64,000 nt of DNA from Vulcanimicrobiota bacterium. Lineage in GTDB: Bacteria > Vulcanimicrobiota > CADAWZ01 > Ess09-12. Below are positions 8,837-19,587 of this stretch, piece by piece. Made by a program: the position numbers and the translations under genes. The stretch lies in the NCBI GenBank assembly GCA_031082125.1, contig JAVHLM010000029.1:1478-65477 (forward strand). The letters run 5' to 3'. Position 1 is the stretch's first letter, and every line of letters begins with the position of its first letter. Below the pieces are notes generated by a model. It made no database searches. It was given only the letters and a program-made list of their open reading frames with translations, and had not been told where the DNA came from.

Positions 8837-11455
8837 TCACTGCGGAGATTTTCCTGGGGGCTCATGGTTTCCCTGCTGCTCCATGCCCTCCGCAATCGTC
8901 ACGATTCCCCTGTTCCCATCCACCGTGATCACCTGGCCGGTTCTTATCACTTTTGTCGCGGAGCCCACATTTACCACAGCAGGGATGCCATACTCCCTTG
9001 CCACTATGCTGCCGTGGCTCAGCACCCCTCCAAGATCGGTCACCAGTGCGGCAGCAGTGACAAAATAGGGCGTCCATCCAGGGTCGGTAAAAGGAGCCAC
9101 GAGGATTTCTCCCGGCATCACCCTTTCTTCAAGATCATGGAGGAGGATAACCCGCGCCGGCCCTGTTGCGGTGCCGGCGCTTACCGAAATTCCTCTGAGC
9201 TCCCTCTGGGGCCCTCTTTCCCTGCGGACCGCCCGGCTCCACTGGCTTCTCTCTCCCGCGAGCACGGGAGGAAGGACGACCTGCCGGTTTCTCTCGTACT
9301 CAGCCCTCCTTGAAGCAACGAGCTCTCCCGCCGTCAGGGAGCCTGAAGACTCAAAAAGGGGCCTGAGCTCCCCCTTTTCAAGAAAAAATATGTCATCGCG
9401 CTTTTGAAGATAGGCCAGCTCCCTGGCCCTCTCCCCGAGCTCAAGAACTGTTTTCCTCAGCACGGCAAGGAGCCTCACCGCCTCGCTTTTTGCATTTTCC
9501 CTGACGCAGACCCCCTTCCTCGCGTTCTGGAGAAGAAAAAGGAAGAGCCCGCAGAGGAGAGGATTTCTGAGCTTTCCCCTGCACTGTGCAAGAAGCGCCT
9601 CACGGCCGTCATTCTTCTCTCCTCCAGGACTCGATGGGGCTGTCATGGTCTCAAGGTAGCCCCTCAGGAGGTGGAGCACGTAGTCAGGCTCTTCAGACCA
9701 GCGGGGATTGTAAAGCTCCACTTCCCCTCTCGTGTGATGGCCATGACGGAGCATCATCTCATCCCACTTTGCAAGAAAGGCCTTCCCGACGCCGCTCCCT
9801 TCAAGAATTCCGCGGATTTCGCTGAAGCTCTCTTCCTGACGGAGCGCGGCCCCGACCTCCCCGGACTTGAAGGCCTCTTCCGCCAGCCGGTAAATGGCCA
9901 TCCCTCCCTCGGCGGAATCCATGTTTCCGGTCCCTGCCACAAGCCTGTTGGCAATCATTCCATGGGGGTCCCCGAGGTATTTCCTGCAAAAGCCGAGGAA
10001 GGCAGCGAAATATCCCATCCCTGTCGCGATTTTAGGGACCACGTTCCTTATGCCAAGTATTCTCTCCATAAGCATGTCCACCTGGTCAAGGAGCTCGGCC
10101 ACGCTCCGGGAGGAGAGATCAAGCCTCAGGAGCGCGTCAATCTCATCGCCTGAGAGCTTGAAGAAATTCCTGCTCCTGTCGAGGCGCGCATGGAAGAGAA
10201 ACCTTGCGACGGATACAGGGAGCCTCGCAAGAGCACTCAAGGTGAACGGGCGCCTCCCCCTGAGAGACTCATCGGGAAAAGAGGCAAAAAGCTCCTCGAG
10301 GAGCTCCTCCTGCTCGCCTCCGAAAACCTCAGTGAGGGAAGGCCTTCCAGGCCCGGGGATACAGTGTATGATCCATGCGAAAATACTCGCATTGGCATAT
10401 GCATGGCCCTCTATGAGGTCAAAGACCGGCTCTTTCTCAACGTCAATGCCAAAAAGCTCATTGACTGGCGAGAATATGCTGGCCACGAAGACCTTCACGA
10501 TGGACCAGGTCAAGGGCGTCACGGCGTCGGGGAGGACCTCGCCCGAATTGACGTTGCTCCACACCTCGGGTGTCTTCGGGTCGGGAAGGGCAGTGATGGG
10601 ACGGACCTGGAGGAGGAAGAGCCTCCCTCCGCTCAGGGCCCACTCAATATCCACCGGGTAATTAAAGTGTCTCTCGAGTCTCTTCGCACTGGCTCCAAGG
10701 CTCTTGATGGCGCGCTTTTCAAAAAGGGCACGGTAAAAGGGCTCTCCCTTCGTGGTGGCTCCCGCGGTGCCGAAAAGAGGCCTCAGGTTCTTTTTCCATA
10801 TAATAACCCTCTCCGGCGATGTTCTTCCCGATACGACAGTGTCGCCGGTGCCATGTGAAGCCTCTATGACCAGGACTCCCCTGCAGCCGTTCTGAGGGTT
10901 CGCGGAAAAAAGAACCCCTGAAAATTCCGCCTCGACCATCTCCTGGATTACGACGGCCATGGAGGCACTTTCTAAAGGTGAGTTATTGAAGTAGGTCATG
11001 GCCCGCTCGCTGAAAAGCGAGGCCCAGCAGGCCTTTACCGCGGTAATGACCTCTCCGGGGCTGCTCACGTCAAGAAAGGTATCGAACATGCCCGCACCGG
11101 AAAGGTGGCGGCCGTCTTCACAAGTGGCGCTTGAGCGGACTGCAAAGGCTTTTCCGCTGCCGAGGCGTGCCAGTGCCTTCTCCACTTCGGCTCTCACCCT
11201 TTCAGGCATGGGAAGGGAGCAGACCTCTTCAAGAGAAGGCCGGGAGAGAGGATTTTCACGGGGCCGCTGGCCCATGAACTCCCTGAAGGCAGAGGTGGTG
11301 ACACAGAAGCCGCGGGGAACGGGAAATCCCATGCGCACAAGCCTGGCAAGGTTGAGGGCCTTGGCGCCTGCAAGGGCAGCATCACTGTCTATGATGTGGG
11401 AAAGCCATTTAATCAAATTCTCTCTCCGGTTCCGGCCGACGGGCAGAGCAGGCAT
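8837..11455 (-). CDS. PEP-utilising-enzyme family protein with rifampicin-phosphotransferase-like layout (N-terminal PpsA/PPDK ATP-grasp domain, central domain of unknown function, C-terminal phospho-histidine swivel domain; no PEP/pyruvate-binding TIM barrel)
   Basis: N-terminus AKALNLARLVRMGFPVPRGFCVTTSAFREF matches the PPDK_N/ATP-grasp motif. C-terminus GEILVAPFTDPGWTPYF...DLGGVLSHGSIVAREYGIPAVVNVG matches the mobile His domain. Total length is 872 aa. Confidence 0.7.
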   Translation of the reverse strand: MPALPVGRNRRENLIKWLSHIIDSDAALAGAKALNLARLVRMGFPVPRGFCVTTSAFREFMGQRPRENPLSRPSLEEVCSLPMPERVRAEVEKALARLGSGKAFAVRSSATCEDGRHLSGAGMFDTFLDVSSPGEVITAVKACWASLFSERAMTYFNNSPLESASMAVVIQEMVEAEFSGVLFSANPQNGCRGVLVIEASHGTGDTVVSGRTSPERVIIWKKNLRPLFGTAGATTKGEPFYRALFEKRAIKSLGASAKRLERHFNYPVDIEWALSGGRLFLLQVRPITALPDPKTPEVWSNVNSGEVLPDAVTPLTWSIVKVFVASIFSPVNELFGIDVEKEPVFDLIEGHAYANASIFAWIIHCIPGPGRPSLTEVFGGEQEELLEELFASFPDESLRGRRPFTLSALARLPVSVARFLFHARLDRSRNFFKLSGDEIDALLRLDLSSRSVAELLDQVDMLMERILGIRNVVPKIATGMGYFAAFLGFCRKYLGDPHGMIANRLVAGTGNMDSAEGGMAIYRLAEEAFKSGEVGAALRQEESFSEIRGILEGSGVGKAFLAKWDEMMLRHGHHTRGEVELYNPRWSEEPDYVLHLLRGYLETMTAPSSPGGEKNDGREALLAQCRGKLRNPLLCGLFLFLLQNARKGVCVRENAKSEAVRLLAVLRKTVLELGERARELAYLQKRDDIFFLEKGELRPLFESSGSLTAGELVASRRAEYERNRQVVLPPVLAGERSQWSRAVRRERGPQRELRGISVSAGTATGPARVILLHDLEERVMPGEILVAPFTDPGWTPYFVTAAALVTDLGGVLSHGSIVAREYGIPAVVNVGSATKVIRTGQVITVDGNRGIVTIAEGMEQQGNHEPPGKSPQ

Positions 11456-11461
11456 TCTCTC

Positions 11462-13825
11462 TTAATACACGGAAAATGTCACTTTTTCCTTCGGGGGTAC
11501 TCTACCGGGTCCTATTGCCAGGGTATGGACGCCATCACGGAGAGGCCATTCATAGACAAAGGGGTACTTCGCCAGGCCAAGAGGCTTGCCGTCAAGCCAC
11601 CATGTGATCTCCTTCACGCTTTCAGGCACCATGGCCTTGAAGTGGAGAACCTGATATTCCCTCCTGAGAATAGGATCGATCCGGAAAAGGTCGCCATCTC
11701 TTGGAAAGACGACTGCAAGGCTCTCTTTCCGGCTTTCCGGAGAGGCCGCCATGGCCTCAGGGGGCGGACTGATGTGATGCTCTGCCATCCAGGTGGCATA
11801 GAGGGGCGGATAGACTTCATAGACCTTTTCATGGACATAATGGCGGGGACAGTCCGGGGAAGCCGCCGCACCGGTGCGCCTGTCGATCTTCACCATGCGG
11901 TGGACGTCGCACCGGGTCCTGGGAACATGCCCTTCCATAAAATACTCCTTCATGCTGTCGGGGCAGAAGTCGCCGGGGAGCATGCCTGACTGGGGGCATA
12001 TGGCCATTTCAGCCATCCCGGGGGGCATGGGGAAGTCCTCGCAGGCTTTTCCCTTCATGACGGTCATCATGACATCATAGAAAAGGGGGCCTGCTCCCGT
12101 AATGCCCGAGACCTTTTTCATCGGAGTGTTGTCAAAATTCCCCACCCACACGGCAACGGTATATAAGGGAGTATATCCCACGGTCCAGTTGTCACGGAAA
12201 TTCTTTGAAGTGCCTGTCTTGGCGGCACAGTGGAAAGGAAGCGAGAGGGGGCTGTACCTCCCGAATGCGGGGACACGTGCTTCATCATCATCAAGGATGT
12301 CCGTGACAATAAAGGAGGCCTGTGGCGAGAATACCCTTAAAGGTGCCGTATCGAGGGGGAGCGCCACAGCGCCACCCCGGGCATCCTTCACCTTCCTCAC
12401 CACGTGGAGCGGGAAGGTCTCTCCGCCGCATGCAAACATCGCATATCCCCTGGCAAGCTCAAGGAGCGTAATCTCGCCGCTCCCCAGGGTCAGTCCAAGC
12501 CCATAGAATCTGGGATCTCTGATCAGGCTCGTGAATCCCGCCGCGCGGAGGCGCTTGCAGAGGAACTCCTTACCCACATGCTGAAGCGTTCTCACGGCAG
12601 GGACATTATAGGAGCAGGCCAGGGCAGTCCGCATCCTCACGGGGCCATGAAAGGTGTTGTCATAATTGAGAGGCGTGAAATCGCCGCTTTCCGTGGGAAT
12701 GCTTATCCTGAGGTCGGGAATGATATCGGAGGCTTTGAGCCCCGTCTCGAGGGCGATGGCATAAGTGAAAGGCTTGAGCGTCGAACCAGGCTGACGGAGC
12801 GCCAGGGCGGCGTTGACCTGCCCGTCAGGCCCCCAGAAATCCACGGAGCCCGCCATCGCGAGCACCTCCCATGTCCTGTTGTCAAGTACGACCACGGCAC
12901 CGTTTGAGACTCCCTGGTCCCTGAGAGCCCTCACTCTCTCCCTGAGCAGGACCTCCACCTTCTCCTGGAGATACCCGTCAAGCGTGGTGGTGACGGCCCC
13001 TGACGGCCTGATGCCCTGCGACTTCAGCGTGGCGATGACATAGTCGCAGAAGTGAGGCGCCCTGTAGGAGAGATCTCTCGGGGCCACTTTTAACGGCTCA
13101 TTGAGGGCACCCATGAGCTCCTTCTCGCCAATGAACCCTTCCTGGCGCATGAGTCCCAGAATCTCGCGCTGCCGGGCAAGGACTCTGCCGAAATTCCTGT
13201 AAGGGTCAAAAAGGGAGGGAGCCTGGGGAATGGCGGCAAGAAATGCAGCCTGTGCCGGCGAGAGATCTCTGGCGGGCTTCTCAAAATAAGCTTCCGACGC
13301 GGCCTCGGCGCCATAAAGCTGGTTCCCGTATGGGACACGGTTCAGGTAGACCTCCAGAATGGCCTTCTTGTTGAGGCGGCCCTCAATCTTGAGGGCATAG
13401 ATCATCTCCCGGAGCTTCGAGACCACCCTCCCCTGGGGAAGGTGATAGGTTATCCCGGCAACCTGCTGGGTAATCGTCGAAGCCCCCGAGACTATCCGCC
13501 GGGCCTGCAGGTTCTGCACCAGGGCCCGTGCCACAGCCCTTGGATCGACTCCGCAATGGCGGTAGAACCTCCTGTCCTCGGCCGCCACCGTCGCCTGCAG
13601 AAGATATGGCGATATCTCGTCGAGGCTCTTCCAGCAGCTTGTCCCTTCCTCATCGGACAGCACCGTCCTGAGGACCTTTCCCTGCCTGTCCAGCAGCTCG
13701 GCCGAGGCCGCCGTCCCCGGGAAAAGCTCGTCTCCCGGGAGAGGAATCGCAAGATAGGCGGCAAGGAGCACGCACAGAAAGATGAGCACGCCCCTTGTCG
13801 CTTTTCGACGCTTCCCTGCTCTCAT
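11462..13825 (-). CDS. pbpC: penicillin-binding protein 1C (bifunctional glycosyltransferase/transpeptidase)
   Basis: GT51 motifs EDRRFYRHCGVDP and TITQQ; transpeptidase SXXK (STLKPF) and KTGT motifs; N-terminal membrane anchor; start overlaps the upstream alpha-2-macroglobulin gene by 4 nt. Confidence 0.85.
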   Translation of the reverse strand: MRAGKRRKATRGVLIFLCVLLAAYLAIPLPGDELFPGTAASAELLDRQGKVLRTVLSDEEGTSCWKSLDEISPYLLQATVAAEDRRFYRHCGVDPRAVARALVQNLQARRIVSGASTITQQVAGITYHLPQGRVVSKLREMIYALKIEGRLNKKAILEVYLNRVPYGNQLYGAEAASEAYFEKPARDLSPAQAAFLAAIPQAPSLFDPYRNFGRVLARQREILGLMRQEGFIGEKELMGALNEPLKVAPRDLSYRAPHFCDYVIATLKSQGIRPSGAVTTTLDGYLQEKVEVLLRERVRALRDQGVSNGAVVVLDNRTWEVLAMAGSVDFWGPDGQVNAALALRQPGSTLKPFTYAIALETGLKASDIIPDLRISIPTESGDFTPLNYDNTFHGPVRMRTALACSYNVPAVRTLQHVGKEFLCKRLRAAGFTSLIRDPRFYGLGLTLGSGEITLLELARGYAMFACGGETFPLHVVRKVKDARGGAVALPLDTAPLRVFSPQASFIVTDILDDDEARVPAFGRYSPLSLPFHCAAKTGTSKNFRDNWTVGYTPLYTVAVWVGNFDNTPMKKVSGITGAGPLFYDVMMTVMKGKACEDFPMPPGMAEMAICPQSGMLPGDFCPDSMKEYFMEGHVPRTRCDVHRMVKIDRRTGAAASPDCPRHYVHEKVYEVYPPLYATWMAEHHISPPPEAMAASPESRKESLAVVFPRDGDLFRIDPILRREYQVLHFKAMVPESVKEITWWLDGKPLGLAKYPFVYEWPLRDGVHTLAIGPGRVPPKEKVTFSVY

Positions 13826-16800
13826 TTTATCTCCACCGTTTTCTGCTCGGAATAGCCGAAGACCTCTGGCTCATACATCTGCTCAGCCTTTGTGGAGGGC
13901 ATCATGTAAGTTCCAAAGTAAAGGGCTCTCACGAAATAGGTGAAGCGGTGCTCGCCGGCATGGAGGCAGTCGGCAAAGATGAGGACCCTGTCATCGTAAA
14001 TCTCCGAGTGGTCAAAGGTTGAGCCCCAGAGACCCTCCTGCTCATCGAGGCGGAGCTTCGCGAGCTTCCTCGAAAGCTCGCCCTTCTCCGTGGCCAGGGC
14101 CGTGTTGACGACCACAAAGCCGCCGGGGAGGGGATCGTCCACCACGACAAAGCTCCTCTCCTGGGGTGTCACCACGCTGAGGGTCACTTTGTAGACAGCA
14201 CCGGCCTTGAGGGCTTCGCCCTCCTTCACCTGGTCCACTGGCTCGATGGTCTTGAAGACTGCAATCCCTTCATCCTTGCATGGCGACTTCTCAAGGGGCA
14301 TGTACTTGAGGCGGAGCGTGTAATAGAGCCTGCCCTTGCCGCGCTTTTCAAAAACCACCGGCGAATCGGCGCCGGCCTTGAGATCCCTCATGGGCACTTC
14401 CTTGGACGGCACCTTCATTTCCCGCCCCTTGAAAGAGGCATCCAGGATATCCTGTGAGCCCAGCAGGACCTTCACGTCATAGTCGGGGACCTGCTTTTCA
14501 TACTTTCGCAAATACGCCGAGAGGGCGCTGAAACAGTAAACGTTCTCCTGGGTGGTGCCCCACCGTCCCCTTTTCTGCTGTGCAGTGAGCCACTTCACCA
14601 CTTTTGACACGTCGGGGAAATTGACGTCACATTCAATGAATGCCTGGAGCAGAAGGGCCGTGGTGCGGACATTCGAGTCGTAAATCCACTGGAGGCCTGC
14701 GTCATCAGTGCCCTCCTCGAAATGTGCCGAGGTGGGACTGGTCTTGATCTTGTTCATCAGGGCAGCGCCGAGCTCTCTCTCCTGCTCCTTCATCGAGGGC
14801 TCCCTGTGGAGCGTCCTGAGAAGAAGGGCCTGCCCGAAGAGGGACATCTTCTCCCTCTTGCTGTAAAGGAGCGCAAGGTACGAGGGGTCACTCGCCCCCA
14901 TGAGGTAAAGGTCATAGAGGGCAAAGCATTTGGTGTTATAGATGCCGCGCTCGCCGTAAGGGAGGCTCCAGGTAGAGGAGGCCTGCCTCGTGAGCACGGC
15001 CTTCAGGTAGCCCAGGCCTTTCTTCACCACCCCGTCATCGACCTTATAGCCCTTTTCCTTTGCAACGGCAAGGGCATACATGGCATAGCAGGAGAGGTAT
15101 TCACGCTCGCTGCTCTTCTCTTCCTCCCAGAGGCTGAAGCCGCCCGACTCTTTCTGGTAATTCTCCAGGGCCTTGAGATAGGACTGGATGAAATCCCGGT
15201 ACTGCTTCCCCTTGAGATTTGACGAGAGGTCAAAGGCCTCGACGAGGTCCTGCGCCATAAGGGCCGGCATTATTTTGGAGAGCTTCTGCTCGCAGCACTC
15301 GTAAGGGTAATAAACAAGGTAATTGATCCCACCCTTGAGGCCCACCATCGCCGTCGAGGAGAGGGCCACCGAGAGGCTTCCTGTGACTGGATCGATGTTG
15401 CCGGGGATGGCAAGCTTCTCCTGGGCCTTGTCGGCCTCCGTGGAATTGAAAGTTGCCACGGCTTCGGTCAGAACAGGGACCTGTACAGGGATCTCGCATA
15501 TGAGGCCGTCAGTCTCACTGCCCATGCGGACGCCGAAAGAGAGCTTCGCTTTGCCGGGAGTCTCGGCTTTGAAAGTATAGAGCACCTCCTTCTCCTGGCC
15601 CGGGGCCAGGGAGATGGACTGGGAAGGCCCGCCTTCACATGTAAGCCCCTGGCTCTCGATCTGCACCGCCACCTCACCCTGCTCCTTGGTGCCGTTGAAT
15701 ACGAGGACACCTGCCTGGAACCTGTCATGTATGGTCACGAAGCGGGGATGGGAGGGCTTGAGGAGGAGCGGCTTGGTCACCGTGAACTCCTGCTCCCCCG
15801 ACCCGAACATGGAGTCTTTGGTCTCTGCCACGGCCATGAGCCTGAAGGTCGTGAGGTTGTCGGGAAGCTTGAACCTTACCGTGGCCTCACCCTGCCTGTT
15901 GGTGACAATCGTAGGATTCCAGTATGCCGTGGCCTTGAAGTTGCTCCTCATGGCGAGGGAGGCAAGGTCAACTCCGCCGCCGCCGCCGGATTTTCCTTTC
16001 TCACCGTAGTCACGCTGCCCTATGATATGGAGGCGCGTGTCGGCCGACTCCACCGAGAGGGAGCGGGAACCGTAAAAGTCCTTGTAATACGAGGGCGTCT
16101 TGTAATCGATGAGGCTCAGCACTCCCACATCGGCTGCGGCAAGGCATACCTCGCCTACCACAGGCTTCCCTTCGCTGTTCTCAAGCTTCAGCTTGACCTC
16201 CACCTCGTCGCCGGGCTTATATCTCTCCCTGTCTGACTTGACGGAAACTTTCAGCTTCCTGTTCTCCGATGCGACAGGAATGTTGATATAGCCTATCCTG
16301 AAGGAAGGCTTCCCCAGGTCTTCGCCGTCCTGGAACTTCTCGTCGGCGACCCTTCCCTGGACAAGGAGCACCGAGACAAAGACATTGGGCATATCATCAT
16401 GCTCCACGTCAAACTCGAAGACATCGGCGCTCCCCTTCACGTCAATCACCTTTCTCTGCATGACAAACTCACGCTCGAAGGTGACAAGAGCTTTTGCCTT
16501 TTCGTAAGGGGACTTGATGATGATGCGGGCCTTGTCGCCGGGCCTGTATTCCTTCCTGTCCTTTACCAGCTCCATCATGTTGTCCTCGCTGCGCGCCCAG
16601 GAGACGTAATCGGTTCCCGAGGCATAAAACCCTGCCTCGCTGAGGACCACGTTCTGCTTTCTGTCGGAGCCCTGGGCTTTGACGACATAATAGCCCGCCT
16701 TCTCTGGAGTGAAGCTTATCGATACGGGCTGATCCTTGGTTTTCACCTCGAAGGATTTGACAGGCTCATCCTTCATCTCGGTCACCCACTCGCGGCTCCC

Positions 16801-19503
16801 GTACATTCCAGATTTCCTCACGGAGTGCCACTCGCGCCTGCATATGTCCACTTTCAGCGGAGTGCCTGTGACCTTCTTCCCGTCGGGCGTCACGGTGATA
16901 AACTCTATGCTCTGGCCGCTCTTTGCGGAGATGAAGGAACTCAACGGCTTCACGCCGATGTAAAAATCACCCTTGTGCACAAGATACTCACCGGCTCCTG
17001 AGAGCTCTTTCCTGTTTGCCGCCGTCACGGAGCCCTCAACGGTGAGAAGCATGGTCCTCGTGACCTTCTCCGCCTTGAGAGGGACGCTCACATCTATCTT
17101 GCCCTCCCTGTTCAGCTTCCCTTCGCCTGACCCGAGAAGGGAGCTCTGCTCCCCGTCTTCCCTGTCTTCTCTGCCCTCCCTGCCGTCATAATCCAGGCCC
17201 ATGGGGCCGAAAAGATAGTCCTCATAGCCCTTGGGCGTGAAGTCATAGGGAGTGAGCCTGAACTTCCATGAGACCTTTTCCCCTGCCATGGGGGCGCCGA
17301 AAAGATACCATCCCTGGATGAAGCCCCTGTAGGTATCCTGCATGACATAGTCGGGCCTGGTGGATCCCACGTTGACCTTGAAGTCCGCCGTCTCATAAGC
17401 CTCGACGCGGAAGGTCCCGGAGGCCACCTCTAAAGGCTCCTTCATGCCGGGCGGGGAGCACCACAGGCTCATGGAGTACAGGCCCGTAGGGGCATTTCCC
17501 TCAAGGGCAATGGACCTGTCAAAGGAACCGAAGGGCGAGAGCCTGATATTTTTCTTGAAAACCTTCTCGCCCCGCGAGTCGGTGACCCTCAGGTTCACCT
17601 CATTGAGGCGCGAGACGGCCCATTTCCCCCAGCGCTTCTCGCGGAAAATGCCCTTGAGCTTCACCTCTTCTCCACCGCGGTAAAGCCCCCTCTCGGTGAA
17701 AAGGCTCCCCTGGTACTCACATTCATCGGGGTTGTAATTATAGTCGATGTTGAATGCCCAGGGGGAGATGCCCCATCCCCAGGCAGAGTTGATAAAGGCA
17801 AGGTCCTTATCCTTGCTCGCAAATATCCAGAGTGTCGGCGTATCCCAGCGGTCCTTCTTCTTCAGACCCAGCATGGCCCAGCCTTTGGTCTCCACAGTGC
17901 CCTTCCTGTCCGTTTCGCCGGTCCAGAGGACTTTGTTGTCGTCATCGCGGATCTCCACCTTGGCCTTCTCGACAGGCTCTCCCTTGTCGAGAGAGGTGAC
18001 CCAGACGACACCGTTTTCCGGGGAGAATTTACCGGTGACGCCGAGGTTGGTGACCTGTACAAAGGAATCGGCTGTTCTTCCCTGGTTGCGAAGCAATGTT
18101 TCATGGTCCAGCACAATGGAGACAATTCCTGTCTTATCCTTGCCCAGGACCTCGCTCATGGTGATGGGGAGGGCGCGCTTCTCATTCCGGGGGAGGCTTA
18201 TATCCCATTCCCTGTTGACCTCGTAAGAATCGATTAGCTTCCCGCGATTCTGATCGCTGTTGTAAGTGAGAACGGGAATCACGTCATCCTTGGGCACCTT
18301 GGCCATCTTGAGGCGCACCTTTTTTATATTGCAGAAATAGACAGGAAACTGCTGCCTGGACTTTGCCTCGATGACGCCGTTGCCTTCCGCCATCGAGAAC
18401 GAGGGGTCATAATCAGTGGTCTTGAAGGGATAGACTACATCTTTCCCGAGGGTATTCCCGAACACGTCCTTGAGGGTGCCCCTGATGGTCACCTTGTATT
18501 CCGTCTGGGGCTTGAAGTCTATGTAAAAATCAGGTGTTTCAGTGTCCCACTCGTATTGTTCATAATAATCGGGAATCTTGACCTCAGGCGAGAAAGAGAG
18601 GTTCCTGGCCAGGTCCTTGATATAGACAGGGTTGGTGAATCTGAAGGCGATATGGTCCTCAGGGTTTATCTTGGGCTTTGTCTTGGGTTTCACGGCGGCG
18701 AAGGGATTCTGCGTGGTAAAGGTGAGCTCGGTCTTCTCGGCCATCCCCATGGTGGCGTTCTTCCCCGGCAGCCCGGCCTTGAGCAGGATGCTGTACGTAG
18801 TGCTCCGCCCGAGAGGATAGGAAGCCGTCACCACAAGGACATTTTCCTTCTTCCATTTTTCGGGAATGTCCTTGTCGGCAGCCGTGGCTTCCCTCACGGT
18901 GAAGGTTACAGGCAGGCGGTTCTTTTTCTTGTTAATGGCGGCAAAATCTATGAACATTTTTGCCTTTGCAGTGTCCAGGGGCATGTTGAAGAGAAGGAAA
19001 AAAGGCTTGTCAATGGCAACGAATCTCTTCTCATTTTCTGGAAAGGACTCTTTCAGCTGGGGCTTGAGAGTCTCGAAAGTCCAGCTGTACTCCTTGGCAA
19101 GGGCCGCCCCGTAAAGAGACTTGGTCCCGGCCGGCACCGTGGCCTTCACCTGTATTCCATTGGGAAAGGGCTCCCGGGGGGTAAAGGTGAGGGTCGAGGT
19201 TCCAAGCCAGCGGTATTTTCCCGCAAGAGGCGGATCAAAGATCATAGGGCCCGTCGAGTCATCTTTGGGCACCGTGGTGAGGGGCGCCATGGGCTGGTTG
19301 AAATAGGCAGTGACGGTAGAGAGCTCCTCCTCTTCGGTGACCTGTCCAGTGGGGACTCCCATCACCACCTCCAGAGTCCCCACGTTTTTTGGCGGAGGGG
19401 GAACCGCGCTCTGCTCAGGGACTGTTTTCTTGCATGAGGCAAGACCCGAGAGGATCAGGGCGCCAGCGCACACCAGCAGGAGGACTACCAATGCCTTTTT
19501 CAT
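13822..19503 (-). CDS. bacterial alpha-2-macroglobulin family lipoprotein (large periplasmic protease-trap, YfhM/ECAM-like)
   Basis: 1893 aa. Lipoprotein signal ...LILSGLASC. Thioester-type CxEQ motif present as YPYECCEQ. The gene sits directly upstream of pbpC, the conserved A2M-PbpC operon arrangement. Confidence 0.85.
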   Translation of the reverse strand: MKKALVVLLLVCAGALILSGLASCKKTVPEQSAVPPPPKNVGTLEVVMGVPTGQVTEEEELSTVTAYFNQPMAPLTTVPKDDSTGPMIFDPPLAGKYRWLGTSTLTFTPREPFPNGIQVKATVPAGTKSLYGAALAKEYSWTFETLKPQLKESFPENEKRFVAIDKPFFLLFNMPLDTAKAKMFIDFAAINKKKNRLPVTFTVREATAADKDIPEKWKKENVLVVTASYPLGRSTTYSILLKAGLPGKNATMGMAEKTELTFTTQNPFAAVKPKTKPKINPEDHIAFRFTNPVYIKDLARNLSFSPEVKIPDYYEQYEWDTETPDFYIDFKPQTEYKVTIRGTLKDVFGNTLGKDVVYPFKTTDYDPSFSMAEGNGVIEAKSRQQFPVYFCNIKKVRLKMAKVPKDDVIPVLTYNSDQNRGKLIDSYEVNREWDISLPRNEKRALPITMSEVLGKDKTGIVSIVLDHETLLRNQGRTADSFVQVTNLGVTGKFSPENGVVWVTSLDKGEPVEKAKVEIRDDDNKVLWTGETDRKGTVETKGWAMLGLKKKDRWDTPTLWIFASKDKDLAFINSAWGWGISPWAFNIDYNYNPDECEYQGSLFTERGLYRGGEEVKLKGIFREKRWGKWAVSRLNEVNLRVTDSRGEKVFKKNIRLSPFGSFDRSIALEGNAPTGLYSMSLWCSPPGMKEPLEVASGTFRVEAYETADFKVNVGSTRPDYVMQDTYRGFIQGWYLFGAPMAGEKVSWKFRLTPYDFTPKGYEDYLFGPMGLDYDGREGREDREDGEQSSLLGSGEGKLNREGKIDVSVPLKAEKVTRTMLLTVEGSVTAANRKELSGAGEYLVHKGDFYIGVKPLSSFISAKSGQSIEFITVTPDGKKVTGTPLKVDICRREWHSVRKSGMYGSREWVTEMKDEPVKSFEVKTKDQPVSISFTPEKAGYYVVKAQGSDRKQNVVLSEAGFYASGTDYVSWARSEDNMMELVKDRKEYRPGDKARIIIKSPYEKAKALVTFEREFVMQRKVIDVKGSADVFEFDVEHDDMPNVFVSVLLVQGRVADEKFQDGEDLGKPSFRIGYINIPVASENRKLKVSVKSDRERYKPGDEVEVKLKLENSEGKPVVGEVCLAAADVGVLSLIDYKTPSYYKDFYGSRSLSVESADTRLHIIGQRDYGEKGKSGGGGGVDLASLAMRSNFKATAYWNPTIVTNRQGEATVRFKLPDNLTTFRLMAVAETKDSMFGSGEQEFTVTKPLLLKPSHPRFVTIHDRFQAGVLVFNGTKEQGEVAVQIESQGLTCEGGPSQSISLAPGQEKEVLYTFKAETPGKAKLSFGVRMGSETDGLICEIPVQVPVLTEAVATFNSTEADKAQEKLAIPGNIDPVTGSLSVALSSTAMVGLKGGINYLVYYPYECCEQKLSKIMPALMAQDLVEAFDLSSNLKGKQYRDFIQSYLKALENYQKESGGFSLWEEEKSSEREYLSCYAMYALAVAKEKGYKVDDGVVKKGLGYLKAVLTRQASSTWSLPYGERGIYNTKCFALYDLYLMGASDPSYLALLYSKREKMSLFGQALLLRTLHREPSMKEQERELGAALMNKIKTSPTSAHFEEGTDDAGLQWIYDSNVRTTALLLQAFIECDVNFPDVSKVVKWLTAQQKRGRWGTTQENVYCFSALSAYLRKYEKQVPDYDVKVLLGSQDILDASFKGREMKVPSKEVPMRDLKAGADSPVVFEKRGKGRLYYTLRLKYMPLEKSPCKDEGIAVFKTIEPVDQVKEGEALKAGAVYKVTLSVVTPQERSFVVVDDPLPGGFVVVNTALATEKGELSRKLAKLRLDEQEGLWGSTFDHSEIYDDRVLIFADCLHAGEHRFTYFVRALYFGTYMMPSTKAEQMYEPEVFGYSEQKTVEIK

Positions 19504-19587
19504 AGAACACCTCGCTTTTCAGAATATCCCTAAAACCGTATCATACTCCCCTCACTCTGCTACCTCGCGAGGGGGAAAAAATTCCAT

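Noticed and set aside
14722-19437. Multiple 100-300-aa plus-strand ORFs inside the alpha-2-macroglobulin gene
   Set aside because: They are nested antisense ORFs in a 5.7-kb high-GC gene, with no RBS or family signal.
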